A DNA stretch of 64,000 bases from an uncultured Candidatus Saccharibacteria bacterium (lineage in GTDB: Bacteria > Patescibacteriota > Doudnabacteria > UBA920). Where the stretch lies: NCBI GenBank assembly GCA_964416765.1, contig CAYQEU010000001.1, forward strand, positions 276,480-340,479. Reading direction: 5' to 3'. The notes below the pieces were generated by a model. The model made no database searches, was not told the DNA's origin, and saw only the letters and a list, made by a program, of their open reading frames with translations. Positions 37,579 to 46,967 of the stretch are shown piece after piece. Each line of letters begins with the position of its first letter. Within the stretch, counting starts at the first letter, position 1. The translations under genes were made by a program, and so were the position numbers.

Positions 37579-37639
37579 AAAACACATTCCCTTCCTCACT
37601 TAGCGGAGGCACCGAATCGTTCGGAAGGGAATGTGTTTT
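37579..37639 (+). terminator. Hairpin with a perfect 17-bp stem and a conserved 27-nt loop (copy B).
   Basis: Stem aaaacacattcccttcc / ggaagggaatgtgtttt. Loop tcacttagcggaggcaccgaatcgttc. Followed by ttttataaa. Confidence 0.5.
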
Positions 37640-37686
37640 ATAAAGAGGAACACATCAAAAATCGCTTCGCAGGGCGATTTTTTGTT

Positions 37687-38318
37687 ATGATTAATAATAT
37701 GAACAAACATCAAGCCGAGACAATCCGTACGTACAACCAGCGTGCTAAGCACTATATGAAAAATACTTGGGCTATGGTGCCTAATGCTCGCAAGGAATTT
37801 GCGGCCGAATTACCCCAAGACTCTTTGATATTGGACGCGGGTTGCGGGGCGGCAGGGATTCCAAATTTTTCCTATCACAGGGACACAAGGTCATCGGTAT
37901 TGATATCTCCAAGGAGTTTATAAAAGAAGCTCGCAAGCGAGTCCCCGCAGCCCGTTTTATTCAAATGGACCTGACAAAATTGAAGCTAAAACCTGAGAGT
38001 TTCGATGGAGTTTGGGCCAATGCCAGCCTGCTACATTTGCAGCGAAAACAGGTTTTGCCCGTGCTTAAGAGCTTCTATAAAATTTTGAAACCTGGTGGTT
38101 TGCTTGATGTAAAGGTAAAAAAGGGGACAGGAGAAGCAGTAATATCAGAGCGGCTCTCAGGTGGTTTTAGTAGATATTTCACGTTTTTCAGCAAAAAAGA
38201 GGTTGAAGATCTCTTTAAGAAGGCGGGGTTCAGGGTTATTTTTTCAGACTTTAGCAAAGACCCTTTTGGGCGTAGCAAAATTAAGTGGATTACCGTTTGG
38301 GGCCGGAAGCCCCAATAA
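37687..38318 (+). pseudogene. Class I SAM-dependent methyltransferase interrupted by a +1/-1 frameshift near 37850..37865.
   Basis: Frame 1 carries motif I (LILDAGCGAAG). Frame 2 continues with GRDSKFFLSQGHKVIGIDIS and the rest of the MTase fold. The two track ORFs 37498..37923 and 37842..38318 overlap. Confidence 0.6.
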
Positions 38319-38443
38319 TCCGGTGGGGAAATAAGCCGTCTTGCTAAAAACCACTCAGAGGGGTAGTATTAGAAAATAATCCTTATTTGTAAGGGTTATT
38401 TTTATTTTTTGGCTTAAATAAGCCATGTTGTTTTGCAATACGC

Positions 38444-38475
38444 TTGACAAAATTATGAAAATGATGTATATTGCT
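38444..38475 (+). promoter_or_regulatory. Sigma70-like promoter TTGACA-N17-TATATT upstream of the surface-protein gene.
   Basis: cgcttgacaaaattatgaaaatgatgtatattgc. Confidence 0.45.
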
Positions 38476-38502
38476 AAGATTTAGCTTTGATAGTCGGTCG
38501 AA

Positions 38503-41331
38503 GTGAAATCATTTGTTTTAATTAAGCGTTATATTCATATAATTAAACCCATAGTTTCTATGTCACACATAATGAAATTGAAGTCTATTGCGGGTTCCAG
38601 CTTTGGTTTGGCTACCGGAGCCATTTTGTTTGCCGCTTTGGCAACCATCATGGTTTTGGTGCCTCGCATTAACAGCGTATCCAAAGCCGAATCCTGCCCG
38701 AACCCTCCGGACCACGCAGTCTTGAACTACTGGCCAGTGAGTTTTGAACCTAGCCAGACCGGTTGTACCGATTTTACTACCGTAGACGGTCACCTGGTTT
38801 CCGGGGGTTCCTATTCTACCAGCCAGGCCGATTATGATAACGGCTTGCAGATGGCAGATGGCGACGAAGCCTACATCCGCACCTACGTCCACAACGGCGC
38901 TGCCCAGAATGGCGACCCTAACCAGACTACCGCCCAGAACGTCCAGTTGGACGTAAGCATCGCCAACACTGCTTCGGCAGACCACGGCGTCACTGCTTCC
39001 TGGCACGGCAGCAACACCAACACCGCTAGCGGTACTTTCGTGTTGCATACCCCAGCTAACCGCACCGTTGAAATTGTCCCAAACAGTGGGGAATTGTTCG
39101 ACGCGTTCGGCAACCGTTTGGCCGCTAACATTGATTTGTCTTCCGGCCACTACACCTTGGGCAACCAGCAGGCTTGTTTCGAATTCGCCCGCTTCTTGCG
39201 CTTTAAGGTTCGCATGGTAAACGCTGGTGCTCCTACCCTATCCATTACCAAACAGGTGCGCAACGTAACCCGTGGTGAAAGCAACTTCTCTTCTTCGACT
39301 AACGCTACCACCGGTGATACCGTCCAGTACCAGATCCGCGTAAGCAACACCGGTTCCGCGATCGCCAACAACACTACTGTTACCGATACCGGTACCAACG
39401 GCACCACTTTTGTGGCGGGCTCATTGCAGACCACCATGGGTACCGGCAGTACTATCCCTGGCACTATCAACATCGGCAACCTGCCGAATGGCCAGTCTGC
39501 CACTATCACTTATAACTCTACCGTAACTGGCGGCGCCGGTTCCTACGTTAACACCGCTACCGCTCAGGCAACTGGGATCTCCCCTGTTACCGCCACCGCA
39601 ACCGTTAACGTAAGCGTGGTTAACAATACAAATAACGCTGAATGTGTGGGCGTTACTTTGAGCCCAGCCAGTCCTTTTAGCCCGAACCAGGCCTTTACCG
39701 GCACTATTACCGTACGCAACAACGGCAGCACTACTTGGGTTCCGGCCAACGGTTACGCTTTGGGTTCCCAAAACCCGCAGGACAACACTACCTGGGGTTC
39801 CAACCGCATTAACTTAGGCACTCCAGTGGCTCCTGGCCAGCAGGCTATCCTGAACATCAGCACCCACGCCCCTGCTACTGCCGGCACTTACAACTTTGCC
39901 TGGCAGATGGTCCAGAACGGCCAATTCTTCGGCGCGATTTGTCAGACCCCGGTTGTGGTTAACCCGGTTCAACCCCAGAACACCACCCTGGCTTTGACCA
40001 AGAATGTCCGCAATGTTACTCAGGGCACTGGCTACCAGAAAACCGTTAGCGCCAACACTGGCGACACCGTACAGTACGAAGTCCGCATCCGCAACACTGG
40101 CTCCGTTACCGCCCGCACCGTCACTTTGACTGATAACGGCACTTCCGGCACCCAGTTCATCAGCGGTTCCATTGATGTAACACCAGCCCCGGTAAACACC
40201 AGTTTGGCTTTGGGTACCATCCCTGGCACCCTGAACCTCGGTGATTTGACCGCTGGACAGGAAATGGTTGTTCACTACAGCATGCGCGTTACCGGCGGCC
40301 CGGGAACTTACCCGAACACCGCTACCGCCCAGGCCAGCAACACCAATTCTGCCTCTGATACCGCCCAGGTTATTGTTAACCCGACCTGTACCAACAATTG
40401 TGGCGGTACTTACTCCATCGCGGTTGATAAGCAGGTTCGCAATTTGACCAACAACGGCTCTTACTCTAACTCTGCTTCAGCCGTTAACGGCGACCGCGTG
40501 CAGTTCCAAATTGTGGTTACCAACACTGGTACCCTGCAGTTGAGCAATGTCCGCTTGTCTGACGTATTGCCTTCCGGCCTGAACCTGGATAACTCCAGCC
40601 TGGCTATCGACGGCACGTTGATCTCTTCTTCTGACATCAACAACGTTGTAATCGGCACCTTGGCTCCCGGCGCGCGTAAGACCTTTACTTTCGTGTCCAC
40701 TGTCAGCCGCAACGTTACCCCTTGTACTTCCACCTCTCTCCAGAACATTGCCCGCGCTTCCGCTGACAGCGTAGGTACTGTCCAGGACGATGCCTTCGTA
40801 ACCGTTGGCTGTGTCCAAGGCTCCAATATCAACCTGGTCTTCTCCAAGAAGGCTTGGAACGATACCAAGAACGTCGATGCTACATCTACCAACGCTGCTC
40901 GTGAAGACTTCATCACTTACACCCTGACCGTTACCAACACTGGTAACTCTGATGCCAACAACTTCGTCATCACCGATGACCTGTCTGGAGTCCTGCCTTA
41001 CGCCGACTTTGTCGACAACGGCCAGGGCGGCACCTTGAGCGGTAACGTGATTACCTTCCCGGCTGTAACCGTACCGGCTGGCGGAACCGTCACCAAGACC
41101 TTCCGCGTCCGCGTTAAGTACAGCTTGAGCAATTCCCTGACTTACCAGCTGCGCAACACTTACGGTAACACCGTGTTGATCAACGTTGGGTCTGTCTTGG
41201 GTGCTTCCACCTTCGTAGCCCCGGTTACCGGCGCTACCGGCCAGGCCGCCGTCTCTTTTGCCGGTCTCTTGGTCGCAGGCTTCGTGGCCTACAAGAAGCG
41301 CTCCTTCCTGAAGAAGCTCATCTTGGCCTAA
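38503..41331 (+). CDS. Large cell-surface protein with DUF11-type repeats and a C-terminal sortase-like sorting signal.
   Basis: N-terminal signal/TM. Repeated Thr/Asn-rich ~100-aa modules (…TKQVRNVTRGE…GDTVQYQIRVSNTGS…). The C-terminus is APVTGATGQAAVSFAGLLVAGFVAYKKRS. Confidence 0.65.
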   Translation: MKSFVLIKRYIHIIKPIVSMSHIMKLKSIAGSSFGLATGAILFAALATIMVLVPRINSVSKAESCPNPPDHAVLNYWPVSFEPSQTGCTDFTTVDGHLVSGGSYSTSQADYDNGLQMADGDEAYIRTYVHNGAAQNGDPNQTTAQNVQLDVSIANTASADHGVTASWHGSNTNTASGTFVLHTPANRTVEIVPNSGELFDAFGNRLAANIDLSSGHYTLGNQQACFEFARFLRFKVRMVNAGAPTLSITKQVRNVTRGESNFSSSTNATTGDTVQYQIRVSNTGSAIANNTTVTDTGTNGTTFVAGSLQTTMGTGSTIPGTINIGNLPNGQSATITYNSTVTGGAGSYVNTATAQATGISPVTATATVNVSVVNNTNNAECVGVTLSPASPFSPNQAFTGTITVRNNGSTTWVPANGYALGSQNPQDNTTWGSNRINLGTPVAPGQQAILNISTHAPATAGTYNFAWQMVQNGQFFGAICQTPVVVNPVQPQNTTLALTKNVRNVTQGTGYQKTVSANTGDTVQYEVRIRNTGSVTARTVTLTDNGTSGTQFISGSIDVTPAPVNTSLALGTIPGTLNLGDLTAGQEMVVHYSMRVTGGPGTYPNTATAQASNTNSASDTAQVIVNPTCTNNCGGTYSIAVDKQVRNLTNNGSYSNSASAVNGDRVQFQIVVTNTGTLQLSNVRLSDVLPSGLNLDNSSLAIDGTLISSSDINNVVIGTLAPGARKTFTFVSTVSRNVTPCTSTSLQNIARASADSVGTVQDDAFVTVGCVQGSNINLVFSKKAWNDTKNVDATSTNAAREDFITYTLTVTNTGNSDANNFVITDDLSGVLPYADFVDNGQGGTLSGNVITFPAVTVPAGGTVTKTFRVRVKYSLSNSLTYQLRNTYGNTVLINVGSVLGASTFVAPVTGATGQAAVSFAGLLVAGFVAYKKRSFLKKLILA

Positions 41332-41343
41332 TCGCTTAGTTTT

Positions 41344-41378
41344 TAACCCGCCTCTTTCCGAGGCGGGTTTTTGTTTTG
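41344..41378 (+). terminator. Rho-independent terminator aacccgcctc-tttccg-aggcgggtt followed by a T-run.
   Basis: Hairpin plus T-run. Confidence 0.65.
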
Positions 41379-41507
41379 GCGAATTTTCACAAAAAAATTT
41401 GCGTCTTTGGTTTTTGGTGCTATACTGGAGAAAACTAAAGATCAAAAATAAAAAGACAACCAGCTTTTCAATTTCGAGGCTGGTTTTATTATTTATTTTT
41501 TGAATTA

Positions 41508-42656
41508 ATGGATAATCAATACCTCCAAGAGCTTATCGCGGAAGTAAAGCGTCGCCCTGGCGGCCTGCTCCTGACCGTGGCAGGCACCTCAGAAGCCGTA
41601 GTTTTGACCATAGACAGGTATAATGAACTTATGCAGCAACTAAACCAGGCAAGTCCCGCCACCCAAACCCAAACTGCAGGCAGTGCCAGCGGCGTCCAGA
41701 AGCCCTTAACCGTGCTGGTAGTGGGCGGAGCGGGCTATATTGGCAGCCATGCCGTCCGGTTGCTCCTGAAGGCCGGGCACAAGGTTATCGTGGCCGATAA
41801 CCTAACCACGGGGACGCGCTCGTACGTGCCCGAAGAGGCGGTTTTTCACGAGGGCGATATAGGGGACAGCCAGTTTTTGGATAGTATTTTCGACAGTTAC
41901 CCGGTGGACGCAGTCATGCATTTTGCCGCCAGTATTGAGGTGGAGGAATCCACCAGGGAGCCGGAGAAATACTTTGTGAACAATACACTCGGTACTGTTA
42001 CCCTGCTCCGCGCCATGGACCGCCACGGGGTCAAAAACATAATTTTCTCTTCCACCGCGGCAGTTTATGGCGAACCGGAAAAGACCCCAATTGCCGAGGA
42101 CGCCACCCTTGCTCCCATTAACCCTTATGGCCACAGCAAGCTATTGGCGGAACAAGCCATCCAGTTCTACACCGCCTACCGCGGGTTCCACGCCGTTGTG
42201 TTCCGGTACTTCAATGCCTGCGGCTCGGACTTCGACGGCAAATTGCTGGACGGCCATATCTCCCACCTTATCCCGATTGTCCGGGAGGTCGTTAAGGGCG
42301 AACGCCCATTCCTTACCATATACGGCAACGACTATGATACCGCTGACGGAACCTGCATCCGCGATTACGTCCATGTTTTGGACATAGCTGGCGCCCATTT
42401 AGCCGCCTTGCCCCGTTTGGGGGGGCTAGAACCGTTCGCGGTGTTTAATATTGGCACCGGGCGAGGGGCGAGCGTTGAGCAGGTGGCCCAGGCTACCATG
42501 GAAGTTACCGGCCGGATGATCACTTTAGAGATTGGTCCGCGCCGTGAAGGCGATCCGGCTATCTTGGTGGCAGACAACCGCAAACTAAAGGAACAGCTGG
42601 GGTATGAATTGCAATACAGCGATTTGGAAACTATAATTAAGACGAGCATGCACTAG
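41508..42656 (+). CDS. galE: UDP-glucose 4-epimerase with an N-terminal ~65-aa Phd/YefM-like extension.
   Basis: VVGGAGYIGSH Rossmann motif and the YxxxK catalytic region. The extension LQELIAEVKRRPGGLLLTVAGTSEAVVLTIDRYNELMQQL is antitoxin-like. Confidence 0.8.
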   Translation: MDNQYLQELIAEVKRRPGGLLLTVAGTSEAVVLTIDRYNELMQQLNQASPATQTQTAGSASGVQKPLTVLVVGGAGYIGSHAVRLLLKAGHKVIVADNLTTGTRSYVPEEAVFHEGDIGDSQFLDSIFDSYPVDAVMHFAASIEVEESTREPEKYFVNNTLGTVTLLRAMDRHGVKNIIFSSTAAVYGEPEKTPIAEDATLAPINPYGHSKLLAEQAIQFYTAYRGFHAVVFRYFNACGSDFDGKLLDGHISHLIPIVREVVKGERPFLTIYGNDYDTADGTCIRDYVHVLDIAGAHLAALPRLGGLEPFAVFNIGTGRGASVEQVAQATMEVTGRMITLEIGPRREGDPAILVADNRKLKEQLGYELQYSDLETIIKTSMH

Positions 42657-42684
42657 CTCGTCTTTTTCTTAACTTCTTAGAACG

Positions 42685-43029
42685 ATGTCCCAGAACTTAA
42701 ACACCATAATGCCCAACCTAGGCACCGCGCACCATGTTTATGTAGGCGGACACGCCATGGGCAAGATTAGCGCTGGAGGGCATATATACGACAAGTTAGG
42801 GCACAAGGTAGGTAGCGTGGAAAAGAATGGCACTGTCCGTGACCATTTCGGGCATAAGGTAGGGAAAATAGGTGAACACGGCGCGATATATGACAAGTGG
42901 AGCAGTCATGCCCAGTTTCATACCGAAGGCAAGGTAATCCGCGACCACAGCGGTAAGGTGGTGGCCCAGAGCTCTGGCGGCAGCCTTGGCGGCGCAGCCA
43001 TGCTTTTAATGCTAAACAAGGACCAATAA
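42685..43029 (+). CDS. Hypothetical Gly/His-rich repeat protein.
   Basis: Two ~28-aa repeats of GHxYDKxGHKVG...VRDHxGxKVG. Confidence 0.4.
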   Translation: MSQNLNTIMPNLGTAHHVYVGGHAMGKISAGGHIYDKLGHKVGSVEKNGTVRDHFGHKVGKIGEHGAIYDKWSSHAQFHTEGKVIRDHSGKVVAQSSGGSLGGAAMLLMLNKDQ

Positions 43030-43258
43030 AACAAAAATTGCCACTCCCCTGCTAAATTTTTTAATTTTTTGTACTCCCCTGGCTTAGGCCAGTTTTTTTG
43101 CGCTCGGCCAAATACTCTTCCAAAACAGCCATAAATAAGGGGAATTATAGCTCATTGACTTTTAGTCTTAAATGTGCTATAATTATATTAAGTGTCTGGC
43201 TAAGTTTTACGGGCACAAAACAATAGGCGCGAGCCTTAAAAATCGGAGGGAACTAGTT

Positions 43259-43792
43259 ATGAAGAAACGAATTCTGACGGTCGCGGTAATTATGGGCGTT
43301 TTGCTTTTTCTGGTCGGTGCGGTTATTACCGTCCTCACCGTGAATCTGCACAGCGCGGCTCCCGCTACCGCAAGAGTCATTAAGGACAGCAACCTGCGAC
43401 TGCTCCAGCAGAAAATACTCGGCGACTCGTCGGGCATGGAGTACGTCCATTTTGAGGAAGGCGACGGTCTGGTTTACGCGCTTCGCGTTAACCGGGACAA
43501 AGACTTCTTCTACACGGTTCACGACCAAGTGTCGGGCAACGAGTATCGTTTTCTCGACAGCAATCTCGACGGGACAATCTCCGACGGGATGGTCGTGGTC
43601 AATGACAGCTCGGTTGAGGGTTACAAAAGAGTCCAATGCCGGGTTGCGGCGGGAAAAGTTGTCTTCGGTGACTGCACCGACGACTTCGTCCGCAAGCTGG
43701 ACGCCGGTTTTCGCAAGAACATCTACGCCCACTACGGCGTGTTGGACGAAAACCAGCCTGCTGCCAAAGGCAGCACCCGCACCTCGCTTTAG
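43259..43792 (+). CDS. Hypothetical membrane-anchored protein.
   Basis: N-terminal TM helix. Start at the internal Met of track ORF 43172..43792. Confidence 0.4.
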   Translation: MKKRILTVAVIMGVLLFLVGAVITVLTVNLHSAAPATARVIKDSNLRLLQQKILGDSSGMEYVHFEEGDGLVYALRVNRDKDFFYTVHDQVSGNEYRFLDSNLDGTISDGMVVVNDSSVEGYKRVQCRVAAGKVVFGDCTDDFVRKLDAGFRKNIYAHYGVLDENQPAAKGSTRTSL

Positions 43793-43977
43793 CACTCGCA
43801 ACTTCCATAACTTCAACCATTGAGCCCGGATCGACCTTTAAAGTCTTTCCGGGTTCTTTGTTTTATCGGGCGCAATTTGGTGTGGACATAAAGCCGACGC
43901 CTATAAGAATAAGCAGGCCAGTAAAATAAGAAGTTTTTGCGCTGCCTGTCGTTTTATGCTATAATTTATGCACAATT

Positions 43978-44131
43978 TAATATTATCCAGAGTGGCGGCG
44001 AGGGAACTGACCCCGCGACCCGCCCGGCAACCTCTGTTTGTGCCCTTGGCATAAGCAAGCTGGTGCCTCATTCAGCCCGCAAGGGAAAGATAATTGGAAT
44101 ATCTACTTCGGGCGTTTGTAGCCCGTTTTTT
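43978..44131 (+). ncRNA. SAM-I (S-box) riboswitch with an intrinsic terminator, upstream of metK.
   Basis: uuauccagagUGGCGGCGAGGGAacuGaCCC..GacCCgCCCGGCAACC...GGUGCcucAuuCagcccGCAagggAAAGAUAA matches the SAM-I consensus (UUAUCAAGAG, GGxGGAGGGA, CCCGGCAACC, GGUGC..AA.UCC.GCA, AAAGAU). Terminator hairpin cgggcg-tttgta-gcccg plus UUUUUU at 44109..44131. Confidence 0.8.
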
Positions 44132-44149
44132 ATTTGTAATTTTCTAAAG

Positions 44150-45085
44150 ATGTTAAAGACTGCTGAGTTTATTACCCCCAGGCACCCTGACAAAATTTGC
44201 GACCTCATCGCGGATACTATTTTAGACGCGTACTTAGCTGGCGACCCGGCCAGCCGGGTGGCAGTGGAAGTTTTGGGGGGTCATGGCAAAATTATGATCA
44301 CCGGGGAAGTTACTTCCCATACCCATCCCGAAGTGGAAAGCCTGGTCAAACAGATTGAACCAAACTGTGAAGTGGAGGTGCGCCTGGTTAAACAGAGCCC
44401 CGAAATTGCCCGTGGCGTGGATATTGGCGGCGCCGGGGACCAGGGGATTATGGTTGGGTACGCCTGCCGTGACACCGAAAATCTGATGCCCTTGGAATAT
44501 GAGCTGGCGCGCAAGCTATGCCAAGAGCTATACGAAATTTACCCTTTTGACGGCAAAGTCCAGGTGACGATTGAGGGCACCAAGGTGCAGACCGTGGTCG
44601 CCAGCTTCCAGAACGCGCCAACAGGAGATTTGTTAAAACATGTTCAAGCGTTTTTGCCGGCCGAGCAGTATTTGATAAACCCGGCGGGGGACTGGACCCA
44701 GGGCGGCTTTGACGCGGACTCGGGGTTGTCCGGCCGCAAGCTCGTGGCGGACAGTTACGGGCCGCAGGTCGCCATCGGCGGCGGGTCATTTTCGGGAAAG
44801 GATTATACCAAAGTTGACCGCAGCGGGGCGTATATGGCCCGCCGTGTCGCGGTCGATTTTTTAAAAAAATACAATTGTCAAAGTGTAACAATACGGCTTG
44901 CCTATGCGATAGGTAGGGTGAATCCGGTAATGGCAGTGGGTTTGTTGGATGATAACCGTTTTATACCGGTAAACGGTTACGACTTAAGCCCAACAGGCAT
45001 CAAGAATGCACTTCGTCTCGAGCAAGTTGCATACGCCACCACTGCGAACTGGGGACACTTCGGTCGCGGTTTCAACTGGGACTGA
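44150..45085 (+). CDS. metK: S-adenosylmethionine synthetase (short form, 311 aa).
   Basis: HPDKICD, GAGDQG and GGGSFSGKD motifs. Start at the Met after the riboswitch. Confidence 0.8.
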   Translation: MLKTAEFITPRHPDKICDLIADTILDAYLAGDPASRVAVEVLGGHGKIMITGEVTSHTHPEVESLVKQIEPNCEVEVRLVKQSPEIARGVDIGGAGDQGIMVGYACRDTENLMPLEYELARKLCQELYEIYPFDGKVQVTIEGTKVQTVVASFQNAPTGDLLKHVQAFLPAEQYLINPAGDWTQGGFDADSGLSGRKLVADSYGPQVAIGGGSFSGKDYTKVDRSGAYMARRVAVDFLKKYNCQSVTIRLAYAIGRVNPVMAVGLLDDNRFIPVNGYDLSPTGIKNALRLEQVAYATTANWGHFGRGFNWD

Positions 45086-45117
45086 AGCGGAAATTAAAAA
45101 TTCAGGAAGGAGAAGTT

Positions 45118-45480
45118 ATGGACTCAACAGTGTCACCTCGTACAAAACCTTTGTACCGCGGCACCCAAGTAGTCTGGTACCTTGCCGGCCTGCTGGAAAT
45201 TATTCTTGCATTCCGATTTCTGCTGAGACTCTTCGGCGCTAATCCCGATGCAGGATTTACCAGCATAATTTATTCGCTGAGTGCCCCGTTTGTTGCGCCG
45301 TTCATGGCCGTATTTAACATCCAGCGCGTGGAGGGAAGCGCGAGCGTAGTGGAATGGACCACCCTGCTTGCCATGCTGGTATACTGGCTCATCGCGTGGG
45401 CCATCGTTAGACTGCTGGTCATGGGCAAGGACGTTTCAACGCCGGAGGCAGCCGTCAGGCTGGAAGACCAAGATAAGTAA
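45118..45480 (+). CDS. YggT-family membrane protein.
   Basis: 120 aa with the YGGT-repeat hydrophobic pattern. Confidence 0.6.
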   Translation: MDSTVSPRTKPLYRGTQVVWYLAGLLEIILAFRFLLRLFGANPDAGFTSIIYSLSAPFVAPFMAVFNIQRVEGSASVVEWTTLLAMLVYWLIAWAIVRLLVMGKDVSTPEAAVRLEDQDK

Positions 45481-45502
45481 AACGTTTCGAAAGGAGAAAC
45501 CT

Positions 45503-45727
45503 ATGGCAACTGTCATAAACAACCCACCCGAACGAGTAGAACGCGTGGAAACAGTCCGCGAGGGAGGAAGTGGAGTTGGCACCGTAGTCGCCGCCATCAT
45601 TTTGCTCCTCGTGCTGATACTGTTCGTAGCGTACGGCTTGCCAGCCCTGCGCCACAGCACTCGTTCGAGCAACGTTACGGTTCCAAGCAATGTGAACCTT
45701 AATGTCAGCGGGTCGGTAAACCGCTAA
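45503..45727 (+). CDS. Small membrane protein (74 aa).
   Basis: Single TM. RBS aaaggagaaacct. Confidence 0.4.
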   Translation: MATVINNPPERVERVETVREGGSGVGTVVAAIILLLVLILFVAYGLPALRHSTRSSNVTVPSNVNLNVSGSVNR

Positions 45728-45771
45728 CATCGCTAACTAATTAACAAATCAATTAATTGAAAGGAAATTAT

Positions 45772-45873
45772 ATGTTCCAAGACAACAACAATCAAAACTC
45801 AGGTACTGACAACAACGAAGACCAGAACCAGGGCGGCCAAGGCGGCCAGGGTTCCGAAGGCGGTAACCAGTAA
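45772..45873 (+). CDS. Tiny Gln/Asn/Gly-rich peptide (33 aa), speculative.
   Basis: RBS gaaaggaaattat followed by ATG. MFQDNNNQNSGTDNNEDQNQGGQGGQGSEGGNQ. Confidence 0.25.
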   Translation: MFQDNNNQNSGTDNNEDQNQGGQGGQGSEGGNQ

Positions 45874-45895
45874 TTAATCATTAAGACCTAATATT

Positions 45896-46159
45896 ATGGG
45901 AATCATTTTATGGATCATTTTTGGGGCTTTAGTGGGATGGATTGCCTCCTTGATCATGAAAACTGACGCAGAACAGGGCCCGTTGATGAACATCATCGTA
46001 GGGATCATCGGCGCGGTTCTCGGAGGGATACTAATGAACTTCCTCGGCCAGGGCGGCGTGAGCGGTTTCAACCTCTACAGCTTCATAGTCGCTTTGCTCG
46101 GGGCAATAGTTCTTATCGCTATCGTCAAAGCATTTACTAGAAGGGGCGTTACCCGCTAG
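45896..46159 (+). CDS. GlsB/YeaQ/YmgE-family transglycosylase-associated membrane protein.
   Basis: 87 aa with the family's conserved Gly-rich TM motifs. Confidence 0.7.
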   Translation: MGIILWIIFGALVGWIASLIMKTDAEQGPLMNIIVGIIGAVLGGILMNFLGQGGVSGFNLYSFIVALLGAIVLIAIVKAFTRRGVTR

Positions 46160-46199
46160 TACTAACACTTACATAAAAAACCAGGACAGCCGCTTTATG

Positions 46200-46222
46200 C
46201 CAGGGCTTAGCCCTGGTTTTTT
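46200..46222 (+). terminator. Rho-independent terminator ccagggc-ttag-ccctgg followed by TTTTTT.
   Basis: Hairpin plus T-run. Confidence 0.55.
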
Positions 46223-46268
46223 ATTGGTTTTTGTTGGCAATGGCATCTTTTTAAGGCATAATAAAAGC

Positions 46269-46967
46269 ATGAACAAACACCAAAATCCGGAATCAGCACC
46301 GGGTCACGAAGAAGGGAATCGCGCAGAAGATGAGGCCGGCGAAGTTACAAACAGTGAAAGTCCGGAAAAACAAAATGTATTCAGTTTTACCACTGGTCAG
46401 CAGGTCGAAAAACCTGAGGACTTGCCGGTAAGCGAGCATGAACTCGAAGAACAGCGCCTGACCCAGGAAATTGAACGGGTGAACCTGGAAACTGAAGAGT
46501 TGGTCCGGGAACGGAACGCCATGCAAGGCGAGTTGAATACTCTCTCTGCCAAATTCAGAGAGCAAGCCCAGGCGAACCAAGAAGTAATGAGCTATACCCA
46601 GCAAATCAATGCCTTAGAAAAGCGGCACAAAAACCTGGAAGTAAAATACAACCCCCGTCTTAGCCGCGTAATGCGCCCGCTCGTGGAAAGGTTTAGCAAA
46701 CGGCAGGCGAACCGTCGGGAGCTGGAGAAACAAATTGAGGCATTTAAACAGAAACGTCTCCAGGTATTTGACGAGAAGCGCAAGGAAGATGTTACGCTTC
46801 CGTCGGGCGAAACCGCTCGTGTTACAGTTGACATCCATGGTTTGCAGCAGACACTCAGGCAATTGCGAAGCAGCGTGCGGGCGCATAATATCCTCATTCA
46901 AGCCAAATTGGAAGAAAAGAGAACTTTAACCAACACATTAACCAATTTACAGACGCGTGGACGTTAG
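46269..46967 (+). CDS. Coiled-coil hypothetical protein.
   Basis: Glu/Gln/Lys/Arg-rich heptad pattern. Start at the Met after the terminator. Confidence 0.45.
   Translation: MNKHQNPESAPGHEEGNRAEDEAGEVTNSESPEKQNVFSFTTGQQVEKPEDLPVSEHELEEQRLTQEIERVNLETEELVRERNAMQGELNTLSAKFREQAQANQEVMSYTQQINALEKRHKNLEVKYNPRLSRVMRPLVERFSKRQANRRELEKQIEAFKQKRLQVFDEKRKEDVTLPSGETARVTVDIHGLQQTLRQLRSSVRAHNILIQAKLEEKRTLTNTLTNLQTRGR

Noticed and set aside
38563-41445. Minus-strand ORFs (up to 322 aa) within the surface-protein gene.
   Set aside because: They are antisense to a repeat-rich + strand gene with signal peptide, promoter and sorting signal. They have no start context.
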